Below, in pieces: positions 10,596 to 22,133 of a DNA stretch of 64,000 nucleotides (the stretch's first letter is position 1; each line of letters starts with the position of its first letter). The notes under the pieces were generated by a model, which saw only the letters and a program-made list of their open reading frames with translations, had not been told where the DNA came from and did not search any database. The stretch is taken from assembly GCA_009914755.4 (NCBI GenBank), contig CP068257.2, forward strand, positions 23,808,001-23,872,000, read 5' to 3'. The stretch is from the human T2T-CHM13v2.0 reference genome, Homo sapiens. The position numbers and the translations under genes were made by a program.

Positions 10596-10879
10596 GTGTT
10601 TTTTGTTTGTTTATTTGTTTTTTGTTTTGAGATGGAGTCTCACTCTGTCTCCCAAGCTGGAATGCAGTGGCACGATCTCTGCTCACTGCAACCTCTGCCT
10701 CCCGAGTAGCTGGGACTACAGGCATGCACCACCACACCCAGTTAATTTTCGTATTTTTAGTAGAGATGAGTTTTCACCATGTTAGCCAGGGTGTTCTCAA
10801 ACTCCTGACCTCAAGTGATCCGCTTGCTTCGGCCTCCCAAAGTGCTGGGATTACAGGTGTGAGCCACCGTGCCCGGCCC
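10596..10879 (-). mobile_element. Alu SINE (minus orientation)
   Basis: A T-rich leader is followed by 'gagatggagtctcactctgtctcccaagctggaatgcagtggcacgatct...cccaaagtgctgggattacaggtgtgagccaccgtgcccggcc'. Confidence 0.9.
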
Positions 10880-11983
10880 CATGTTTTTAGATTTTGATTT
10901 TTTTAATTTATTGGTATTATTCGTTTCACTCTGATTTTGCTTTTCTAAATCTCACTGTGTATTGTGAACATCCCTCCCATTTGGGACATTTATATGTCCC
11001 AATACAACTAAATATGATTCTCTTTAAGAGCTGCCCCATTTTCCATTGCGTGTGTGTGTGCAAGAACATGCACAAGTGCCATGATTTAATCAGTTACCCA
11101 TTGATGGACATTCAGACAGCTTATGATTTATTGTTACTACAATGATACAAATGGTATTATGTCTATACACGTTCTATATCAAGTGTGATTTTAATATGTA
11201 AGAATTCAATAATTTGAATTCCTGTGTAACATATAGATGTTTTAATTCAAATAGTTGCTGCTAGATTTATTTTCCAAAACAAATGGAGGAATTCACGTGT
11301 CTCTCATAAAAGTGAGGGAATGCTTATATCCTTGACAATTTGCCAGCATTGGTTGTTATTGCTGGTTTGAACATTTGCCAGTCAGACAAGTTAAAAAAAA
11401 ATATATTGTAATTCCAATTCAGTATGAGAATAGAGTAAGGGTAATGATGTCAGTCCCAAACAAAGCAAACAGTGCCCAAGAGCCTGAAATATTTGGTTGT
11501 ACACTGGTATCTCTTTCTCTGCTTGACCCTGGCTCAAAACCTACATTCCTCCATACAGAGGTCTGAGAAAGTTGGAAATATCCTGTGTTTTCCTTAGTAG
11601 TGTTTTCTTTCAGTTCAACAGGATTATGTCAACTGTTATTACAAGGAAAGGCCATCGACACACCAGTGTAAAAAGGAAAAGGTGGGTCCACTGACTAAAA
11701 TTAATAAAAGGGCAAACACACACAGAAACAGCTTTAAAACCTAACAGTCACAATAATACCAAGGAAACTGGCAGGACAGGGCTAGCCTCAATGCTTATAT
11801 ACTCAGGGTATCTCCTGAACTTTTACCACCTAAGTTAAGAAATTAACCACAAGATAGCCTTGCAAAGGTCTAACAGGGGTATTGATATCAGAGTGGGTTT
11901 TAAAAGTGTATTAACTATAATCTTACTTTTAGCCTATTTGATTCTACTTATTTCAGAACTATTAATGACGTTTGTGGAGATAT

Positions 11984-12014
11984 ATATATATATATATATA
12001 CATATATATACAAT
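11984..12014. repeat. (TA)n dinucleotide microsatellite
   Basis: The sequence reads 'atatatatatatatatatatacatatatatac'. Confidence 0.9.
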
Positions 12015-12229
12015 CTGGACTATCGGACTATAAGCTTAAAATCAGAAGACTCTTTTATATATTTTTATAATGCCTCAAATCTAGCATAGTATCAGGTACA
12101 GAGTATATGCCCCGAGTCTAGCAAAGTGTCAGTACAGTTCTGTAAATGTTGATTGCAGAAACTGAAAGACCATCAGCATGATAAACCACTGGAAATACTG
12201 ACACAGATCTGTTGACAGATCAGTGCAAT

Positions 12230-12655
12230 GGACTGTATTGTGTTCCAATTCATACGTTGAATTCATATGTTGAAGCCCAAAGTTCATATGTTGAAGCCCT
12301 AACGCCTTATGTGACTATCTGGAGATAGGGTCTTTAGGAGGTAATTAAGGTTAAATAAGGTCATAAGGGTGGGGCCCTAATCTGATAGTACAGTGGCTTA
12401 TATGAAGAGGAAGAGAGAGAGAGACCTCTCTCCTTCTCTCCAGGCACGTGCACCTGAAGAGAGGCGATGTGAGCACACAAAGAGAAGGCAGCCATCTGCA
12501 AGTGAGGAAGCAGGCTTTCACCAGGAACCCAACTGGCTGGCATCTTGATCTTGGACTTCTCAGCCTCCAAACTGTGAGAAAGTAAATTTCTCTTGTTCAA
12601 GTCAACCAGTCTATGGTACTTTGTTATGAATGCCCAATCAGACTAAAACAATCAG
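12230..12655. repeat. Old interspersed repeat of the 'gtgaggacacagcaagaaggcagccatctgcaag...ccagcctccagaactgtgagaaa(t/g)aaat' family. I did not recall the subfamily name.
   Basis: It contains '...ggtctttaggaggtaattaaggttaaataaggtcataagggtggggccctaatctgata...cacaaagagaaggcagccatctgcaagtgaggaagcaggctttcaccaggaacc...cttgatcttggacttctcagcctccaaactgtgagaaagtaaatttctcttgttcaagtcaaccagtctatggtactttgttatgaatgcccaatcagactaaaaca'. I recognise this as a very common human repeat consensus. Confidence 0.5.
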
Positions 12656-15600
12656 AAACCCCATGACAAGTCTAATGCTTTTGATTGGTTTAATGACAAT
12701 GAATGAAAAAAAGAATAATTACTTTTTTCAAATCATTCTGTAATATAGTCATCATCCAAGAATGAATTATAGCACAATACATGGCATGTATGAATTTAAG
12801 AATAAGGACTAACCCAAAGGCTTGAGAATAGAATGTAACAAAGTAGGGAAGTGAGAAAAAAATATTAAAATGTGCCATAAGTCACATTCAACAACAAAAA
12901 AAAATATTTTGTTCTATGTGGAAACTTTTACTCAGCCTACATATTATTTGACTCTAAGTTTGATTAGCTGTGATAAAGTTCGAGAAACATTTTAGCCCCA
13001 TTTTCCTAGAGTTCATCAAAGATTGCTAAAAAATCACATAAGTGTTGCTTTTAAGCTGTAGCCCCAATATGTTTTTCTAAACTGGAATACGGAAACTCAT
13101 CTAGTGTTTCTTATGAAGCACAGGATCCCACCAAGAAAAAGAAATGTCATTTATTTCTCATATTTGTCTCATATTACATTTTTTATAGAAAGTTGGTTAG
13201 AAATTTGCAACCCAAAATTAGCAAGAAAAGTCTATGACAACCTCACCCTCACTATATATTCCTTGAATAAAGGTTGCCTTTATAGAGGAATTAACTGAAA
13301 AATTTGAAACATGCTTTACATATTTACCATTATGATGCCTAAAATAAACATACCAGTGTAGATTCAGAAATCTAGATCAAAGACACCTTTTCACATTTTA
13401 CTCATTTTTTAAGTAGTAAATAGAAGGATGTTCTAAGCAATTAGCCCAGAGATGCTTGACATTTTCACAGCAATCCAATCAACTTAACAGGGACATATTT
13501 GCAATGGCTTGGTTCTTCTGAAGGTAACAACTTTTTCTCTTCTTTTCTCTTTTTCTTTTTTTTTTCTGTTCAAAATTCAGAATTACTTCTCTCACTTGCT
13601 AAAGTGATACCCTTAATTTCTAGGGCATTCTGACATATTTGTCAGCACCATCTCTCCAACAACCTTAAAAATTGTCACAGGGATAAATGAATTTTTGAAA
13701 GCTAAAACTCAAAACTTTATTCTGTCATCCTTTATATACTTTTTTATTGATGATCATGAGCCTTATTAATTGGATTCGTCACCTTTCCCTGTGGCCAAAA
13801 CTTTGAAAGTAGAATTTTGAGTTTTATTCTTTACTATATCATTTTACTCTAAAATATGTTCAAATAGATTTTTCCACACTGTGTAGTACTGTACTGTGTA
13901 AAGAACGTTTGTAACTAGGTCAACATACACTGTTTCTAGGCACCACTAAGGAAATAACTGTGTTATACCCATAATAGAAAATTACCAGAGTAACAGGATT
14001 AAAATGACTCATTAGGCCTTTGATTGGGGTGCTCTGTGCTACAGGTAGTGCCAAATCGAGGGCTCTGAAGACTCATGTTGTGAAAGTTTCCTTGAGAGGT
14101 CAGAAGTCACTCTTTCAAAATACAAAGACTCTTTCAAAAAACAGATGAGTGAGTGCATTGGATCTTGAGAAAATGGAATATGGCCCTTCTTTCTCTCTGA
14201 GAATGAACATGCAGTTTGAGTAGTCTGAATCTTGGAGGAAACAGAAGAAGCTGGTCTACACAACACCTTTCTCTGCATTATCTAGAAAGGTAAAGAATAA
14301 CCAACCACAGCCCTGCAGGGTGACAGCCACCAGAGTGAGACTGACAGGAGGATATTTGGAAGAAGCACCTGAATCCGAAAAGGAAGAATCCATACATCTT
14401 CCATCCCTGTGCCTGAAAAAAGCGACTTTCAGAAAGATCAAGAATTTGGTAGCCTAGAAAAGAGGGATCTCTGCTTTATATACAAATTCTGATACAGTGT
14501 CCTACATGAATGTTTTATTCATTCATTCAGTACTTCTTATTGCTGTCTGTGAACTAGATACTAGAAAAGGATAAAATACTAAACAATCATTTATGACTCC
14601 TGTCCTCATACAGCTCATATCTAACTAGGACATGTAAATTTGGGCACCATTCTGTATGTCTTTCCTTATCTACACAAAATTTGTCAATGCGCCCTACTTT
14701 CTCTATCTTCAAAATAGATCCAGAATTTGGCTGTTTATCACAAAACATCAACTTGGTACACAACACAATAATTTTTGCCTGTATTATTGCAACTACCTCC
14801 TACCTGACCTACTGTTTTATAATAAGTTTGTCCAGCTTCAGCATATTCTCCAAAGAACAGACATAGAGATTCCATGAAAACATAATCTCACTCCTCTATT
14901 CACAACCTTTCAATGGCTTTCCATCTCACTCAGAATAAAAACTAAGAGTCCTTACCATGGTATACCAGGACCTACATGAGCTGGCCCCATTACTTCTCTG
15001 ACTACATCTCCTCCTCCCTCCTCCCTTATTCATTTCACCTTAACTAAACTGGGCTCATCACTTGTCACTGTTCTTTGAACAGAGCAGGCAAGCTCCTTGC
15101 TCAGAGTATTGCACTTCATACACCCTCTGCCTGTAATGTCCTTTCCTCTGCTATCCAAATGATCTCAGGGAGCAATGGAGTGAACATGTAAAAGCTTAAA
15201 ATTTGCATTTCTTTTTAAATGTTTTTCAACTCAAACTGTTCATTATTTGGTACTGACCTCATGCCCAATTTGGTTATATTAGCAAAATTCTTTATTATAT
15301 GAATGCTATACAACTGCTTTAATCCTGGCTTAAAGTCTTTTTCTCCACCTAGAGGGCATATATTCTGACTCTAATTCTAACTATCAACACTGTATACTTA
15401 ATAAATATTCACTTTTGTCAGACCTTAATTTTAACATAAATCATAATTAATACAGCCTCACTGGTGGCATCAATTAAATCCACAAATGCCAAAGTTGAAC
15501 AAATTTTCTTTAAAATTCTATCAATTCTAGATGCAATTTTGCACACATATTTGTCTCCAATACCTCACAAAACCCTACTGATTAAAAAAAGGATACAAGT

Positions 15601-16557
15601 ATAAAATAGAACAGTCATATAAAAAAGATAACGTGGCAGAGAAATGGAGGTGTGTGTGCATATTTTACCAACAAATAAGAAATGTCAACATATTTCTGCA
15701 AGATCAAAAATAAATGGAAATGGGTTGATAAAACAAGCAGGAAAAGTTACTGCAGTAAACTGCTAAGTATCTGCAAAGCTAAAAGCCAATCATATAGATG
15801 AAACATCTTGTATTGTGATTTTCTAGGGCAGTCTTTAACTTATTTTCCTAGAATAATTAATAGAAGCCCCCACTTTTCTCAAAATATGCCTGTTTAGAAG
15901 ACAATTAAATGACCATTATCCCTATGGAAATTCAGTTTTAGTTTCATAAGAAGCAAGAAAAATGTACACTGATTACAGTACAGGTGTTCTAGAAAGAATA
16001 CTAACCCACCTGGCAAACTTCATCAGCTTCTTCCACCCCATTCAGTCACGTGCTTTTGTCTCCTGGGTAAAAATAAAACAAAAGCCTTTTCTTTATAAAC
16101 TGAATGTCTAGGTAAGTGAATGTTTTGAAGGTGAATATTGATGCCCACAGTAAATCTCTCCTCATCTGGAATTTTGAGACCCACAGTCTAGCAGCCTACT
16201 CCTTTTCATCCTGAAGTGAAGAATGCCACTTCCCACTCAACTCTATCACACACAGAGAGAGCTTGCCATCACATCACCACTGCACCAGGAAGCGGGAGCT
16301 GCACTAGCAAGCCAGTCCTCTTCTCTTAAATATGAGTGGCCAACCAATGATCACCAGGCACATAAAGTACACCAGCTGCCTGAGGAGAAAGATCAAAATA
16401 CCAAACAAAATGACTGGTCGCACAGGAAACTCCACTAATTAGACAGTATTTTTATTATTTTACACAGATAGTTTTTGTTTGGGTTTGCCTACATGTTCTT
16501 TCTAAGCTACCCAGTATAGGGTATTTTGTTAGAGCAGCTCAAACAAAGACAGGCAGT

Positions 16558-16934
16558 AATGTGGTTTAGCTATGTCCCCACCCGAAATATCATCTTGAAT
16601 TGCCATCCAACTTGTAATCCCCATGGGTTGTGAGAGGGACCTCGTGGGAGGTGATTAGATCATGGAGGCGGTTCCCCCGTGCTGTTCTCGTGATAGTGAG
16701 TGAGTTCTCATGAGATCTGATGGTTTTATAAGGAGCTTTTCCCCCATTCACTCTGCATGTCTCTCTCCTGCCACCATGTGAAGAAGGATGTGTTTGCTTC
16801 CCCTTCTGCCATGATTTTAAGTTTCCTGAGGCCTACCCAGACATGCTAAACTGTGAGTCAACTAAACCTCTTTCCTTTATAAATTACCCAATCTCAGGTA
16901 TTTCTTCATAGCAGCACGAGAACAAACTAATACA
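16558..16934 (+). mobile_element. Solo THE1/MST-family MaLR LTR
   Basis: It begins 'tgtggtttagctatgtccccacccgaaatatcatcttgaattgccatcc...ggtgattagatcatggaggcggttcccccgtgctgttctcgtgatagtgagtgagttctcatgagatctgatggttttataagg' and ends '...ctaaacctctttcctttataaattacccaatctcaggtatttcttcatagcagcacgagaacaaactaatacag'. Confidence 0.85.
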
Positions 16935-17228
16935 GGAAGCTAATACTGATATTTCAGATTTACTACAGAAAAACACACTTGTCATGTATTGGTAGAACTC
17001 AGTGTATTAAGTACTTACTTTGTGTATATTGGATGTTAACTTTTAAGACGATTATATATTAGAATTTAACTTTTCATTGTTATCATTCATTGGTTCATTC
17101 AACAATATTCAGTAGTTGTCCATTATATACAAAGCCATGGCATAGGCACACAATGTAACCTTAAAAAATGTATAGATTACCCTGAAATGTTCCAGGAGGA
17201 ATTTTAAAAGGGTGCAACCAGTTTAAAA

Positions 17229-17625
17229 AATAGTTTGGCAGTTCTTGAAAAGGTTAATCATATAAGTTACTATAGGACCCAATAATTCTACTCCCAGGAA
17301 TATGTCAAGAGAAACAAACCCATATGTATATTCAAAAATTTTTATGTTTATGCCAGCATTATTCATAATAGCAAAAAAGTGGAAAAATTTCAAATGTCCA
17401 TCAACTGATGAATGGATAAATAAAATGTGGTGTATTCACACAATGGATACTTACTTGGTGACAGAAAGAAGTGAAGTACTAATACCTGCTACAACATGGA
17501 TGAACCTTGAAAATATTTTGCTAAGTTAAACAACATATTGTATGATTCTATTCACATGAAATATCCAGAACAGGTAAAATATAGACACAGAAAATAGATT
17601 AGTATGTGCCAGGGCTGAGTCAAGG
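17229..17625 (+). mobile_element. L1 3'-end fragment of an older (L1M-type) subfamily
   Basis: The stretch '...ccagcattattcataatagcaaaaaagtggaaaaatttcaaatgtccatcaactgatgaatggataaataaaatgtggtgtattcacacaatgga...atggatgaaccttgaaaatattttgctaagt' matches the L1 3' consensus ('...gcagcattattcacaatagccaaaaagtggaaacaacccaaatgtccatcaactgatgaatggataaacaaaatgtggtatat...'). Confidence 0.8.
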
Positions 17626-19044
17626 AGTCCATTCCCTTACCTTCAAGTTTCCCTTGAGATCAGCACAAGAATGAAATTAAGAAATTCTGTGTTGTGAGAT
17701 CATTAATGCAAGATGTCAATGAATCATAATGTTGATTGTGTAAGTCAGGCAAGATTTTAATGCCCCAAAAGTTATTTTCCATCCATTAAATAAAAGGAAA
17801 GCACTAGTATTCTTTTTGCTTTGTTAAATTATTATCCTTTTGTTCTTGTATTTGTACTATATGAAAGTTCAATAAGTTAGTAGAATAAAATACATTCCTC
17901 AAAAAAAAAATAGGTGTGGAATTTTAGGTCAAAAGTCAAGTACATTATCCTGACTTCTGAAATGTATCACCAATTACTCCCCCAAAACTTTGGACCAATT
18001 TATATGCCCACCAGGGGCTCATGAATGCTTTCATTTTTCTGAAGGCTTACCTACTGTAGATATTATTTTTGCTTATCTAAACCAAGATTTTAAAAACCAG
18101 ATTCTTTAAACAGAGGTTGTAATGACAGAGAAAGTAAATAACAACAAATTATAATGACAAATCATCTGAGCTACTTTAGAGTATATATACCTTCATTCAA
18201 ATCCAACTCTCACTATACGTGGTTAAATCAAGCCAGGATCTGATTATATTTATGATTTTGTCAGATTGTAGCATTTAGAAAAATGGTTAGCTTGTTCTTT
18301 TGAAATATCATGGTGAATACCATGAAGCAATGAATTTTGCTACCACAACTTCTTTTTACATATTTCCCAATGTGACAGGTAAAATATTAGAGTATAATAA
18401 TTTCTCATTGTCCTGCCTTCTGAGTTAGGAATAAATGTTTTTAAACATTGTTCAGCCAATTGGGTCTTTTGATGTAAAGTATGACGTATTTATGACCTAT
18501 TGCTACCTTATAATAACCACAAACTTGGCTACTTTAACCAATCAAATTTATTATCTCACAGTTCTGTAGCTCAGAAGTCTGGTGAGCTCAGCTGTTTTCT
18601 CTGGCCTGGGTTTTATAGGCTGAAATCAAGTTGTTGGCAAGCTGGACTAGTATTCAGAGGTTCTGAGGGAGAATCTTCTTCCAAGCGCATTCAGGTTGGC
18701 TGTCAGAATCCAGGTATTTGGGCTTCAGAGGTGAAGTCTTTGCTTCCTTGTAGGCTGTGAACCAAGAGCCTCTCTCAGAGATATAAGGTGGCCTGAATTC
18801 CTCCATCTCCAGATAAGCTAGTGTGCTTTGAGTCATTATTACACTTGGAATCTCCTTCACTTCTCCTTCTACTGCACCTCTTCTGCCTGCAGCTAGAGAA
18901 AGTTATCTGCTTTTAAGGGATTACATGATTAGAGTGTGTCCATCTTACATCAAGTATTTTTCATCAGATTAAAAATACGGAGATCAATAAGATAGTAATC
19001 CTGCCCCCAAGGAACTCACACACAGTTTAATGGAGATATTACTT

Positions 19045-19407
19045 TTTAAAATTATACTTTAGATTCTGGGATACATGTGCAGAGCGTGCATGTTTGTTAC
19101 ATAGGTATAGCTGTGTCATGGTGGTTTGCCGCACCCATCAACCCATCATCTACATTAGGTATTTCTTCTAATGCTATCCGTCCCCTAGCACCCCACCCCA
19201 AGACAGGCCCCAGTGTGTGATGTTCCCCTCCCTGTGTACATGTGTTCTCATTGTTCAACTCCCACTTATGAGTGAGAACATGTGGTGTTTGGTTTTCTGT
19301 TCCTGTGTTAGTTTGCTGAGAATGATGGTTTCCAGTTTCATCCATGTCCCTCCAAAGGAGACGAACTCATCCTTTTTTATGACTGCATAGTATTCCATGG
19401 TCTACAT
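19045..19407 (-). mobile_element. Extreme 3' end of a relatively young L1 (L1PA-type), minus orientation
   Basis: The sequence 'ttatactttagattctgggatacatgtgcagagcgtgcatgtttgttacataggtatagctgtgtcatggtggtttgc...gttcaactcccacttatgagtgagaacatgtggtgtttggttttctgt...gactgcatagtattccatggtctacat' is the reverse complement of the L1PA 3' consensus ('...atgtagaccatggaatactatgcagtc...cactcataagtgggagttgaacaatgagaacac...ggtgcagcaaaccaccatggcacatgtatacctatgtaacaaacctgcacgttctgcacatgtatcccagaacttaaagtataa'). Confidence 0.85.
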
Positions 19408-19890
19408 CTATTTTTTAAGGAAATAATTCTAGTAGTGTTCTTTGACCCAGTAACTCTATGTTAACATACTAAGGAAATGTTAGATGTAGCTTATATAAAA
19501 ATAAATATTAAAATGTAAAAAATAGGCTATAAAAATTGTCATTATAGCAGAGTATACAACAGCAAAATTGCTAACAACCTAAATGTTCAGCAAAAGTGAT
19601 AAGGTACACCCACATAATGAAGTGCTGTAAAGTCAATTAAAAGTATGTTGTAGATAGGTACTGATTAACATGTAAAAGGTTTTTTTTTTTCCACATCGTA
19701 TGGGTAATGTGTCAACGTTTGAGTGAAGTACATCTCACACATGAATGGGAAGACCCAAGCATCACACTTATGAACTACAAAAGGATCAACATATAAAAGT
19801 AAAACAAATCAACAACAAAATAATATTACAGTGAAGCGTCTGAAAGCACATGCTCCAAAATGTAGGTTTTTTTCTGTCAGTCTGCATCCT
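19408..19890 (+). mobile_element. Older L1M-type 3'-end fragment directly abutting the L1PA fragment
   Basis: The stretch '...ctttgacccagtaactctatgttaacatactaaggaaatgt...' resembles the L1 3' consensus ('ttgacccagcaattccacttctaggaatatatccaa...'). The remainder is diverged. Confidence 0.4.
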
Positions 19891-22133
19891 TTGACATTTC
19901 CATTATGATCATAAGCTTAGTAATAATAAACTAACAAAAATGTTATTTTTAACAAGTGAAGCTTATATTTCTGTGCTTTTATATAAATTTCCAGAAAGTT
20001 GTTTATCGAATTAGAACAAAAATGATTGTTTATATTTTAGGAAAAATGATAAAATAGCTTTTTATTGGGAGCAAAAAATTAAGACAAAAAATATTCTCCT
20101 TGTCCTCAGATGTTTATATCTCTTGTATTAAAAAAATCATCAGTTTTATTACTTACCAAAAACATAACTAATATCCCCTCCCACCATTATATCATAATTT
20201 TGTTTAAATTATGCACCAAATTTCATTAGTCAGACTCATTCATTTGAAAATGTTGCACAGTTCCACCTCTTCCTTTACCACTACAGAAACTTTATCTGAA
20301 GGTTTTATGTCCAAACATTGGCTAGAGAAACAAACATGATTCTATGGGCTCTGAACATATCAAAGATTACAAAACAATTTGACTTCAAGGGAGAAAGAAA
20401 GTGAAAACTTAGCTTTTGGAGATAAGTATCTATCTGAGACAAATCTGAAATGTACATTTTATCAGATTTTTCTCAATTTCAATTTTCATTGCTTGTATTG
20501 ACTGGCATAGGATGATGTTTTTCATGAAAAATCAAAGGAGGTCTTAGTGATCCAAAGGATTGCAGCATTTGAAATATGTTGTGGATTTACTTGTTGCTAA
20601 GTCCTTAATTGCTCCTCAAGCATAAGGAGTAAAAAAAAGTTGGGACACCACCTTCATGATCTCATCTAAACCTAATTGCCTCCCAAAGTCTCCACCTCCT
20701 AATAGCATCCCATTGGGGGTTAGTGCTTCAACATATGAATTGAGGATGCAGTCCATAATACCTAGTTGGTAAGATTGCTTGAGAATTAAATTGAGTTCTG
20801 CATATAACCCACAGCCTGATATAATAAGGGCCCACACTGGATAGCAATGATTACTGGTAGGGGAAGTTAGTGGGTGAGGGTATGTCAAGAAAACAGTATG
20901 AGCTGTATGAGCAGAGGTGGGAATGGATCATTTGTGTTCAGGCAATGGCAAGCAGGTAAGACCAGCTGGGATGTAATATTCATGTTAGACAGAGGAAGGA
21001 AATATCAGAAGATCTGAAAGTGCATTGGGAAGAACCCTGGATTTCTTTGGATACCTTTTTCTTCCTAATTGTCTAATGTTTCTGGCAAATATTGGCCTCT
21101 ACTTTCTCTCAAAATGCCCATTACTTCCAGAAGAGCAACAGGAGTATTCAAACAACTAGCCAGCAATCATAAAAGTGGAAATTACTTTAGCTGCTCATTC
21201 AGAGCATGTCCTAAAGATAATTGAACTAAGGAAAGCTGAATATTCCCAAGGCAGATGTGCAGTGGAAACCCTAGCCCCAAGAACTCTATTACTGTCTCAA
21301 GAGGATGTGCACAATGAGGCTATGCAGAGAACAACATTACAGAGAGGAACTTAAGCTTCCTTTTCATTAATTTCGGAATGCGAGCTGCCTATCATTATGC
21401 TTTGAAATTGGCCCTGATGGATTTGCGGTTCGTGTTGGAAACATCTTTATTTTAGTAGATAGATCTATTCTTTCAACTCTTTTTGCTTTGTGTTATTACG
21501 ATTAAATATGATAGAATGATGCAGTAAACAAAGCAGGTAAGCTTCAAGTAGCTGAGGTACAAGAAAATAGGGTACATTTACAATCAGGAAATTGATAACA
21601 TTCGTTGGTTCAACTGGCAGGATAGTGGTGTTCTAGATCCTTGCTGCTACTCAAAGTGGGTTCAGAAACCAGCAGCAAGAGTATCACATGAGAATTGTTA
21701 GAAATGCAGTGTCTCAGACATCATTCCACACCTACTGAATCAGAATTTGTATTTTAACAAGGTCCCCTGGTAATTTGTATGTACACTAATGATTGAGAGG
21801 TACTATTAGTTAATAATTGAGAGGCACTCACAATTGTGTTGTTGCTTTAGAAAGGCCCTCCCAACGCTTCCCTGCCCTCCCAACTCCCGTCAGTTAGAAA
21901 TGAAATTCAGCTGCTAGTCACACATTTGGGGTTTTATTTTTCTGATGTATGAAAAGTCAGTAGTTAGTGCAGAGCTGAAAGAGAAGCCCCATAATGTCAT
22001 CAGAAACTCAAGTTCATGCCATCTTTATGATCAGTGATCCTAATATATGTTTGTCACCTAAGGTCACAAGAAGAAAGCTCCAAATCTTGTCTGAGTTCCA
22101 AACAAAATGAAAGAAGTGTAAAATCAAAGTGCC

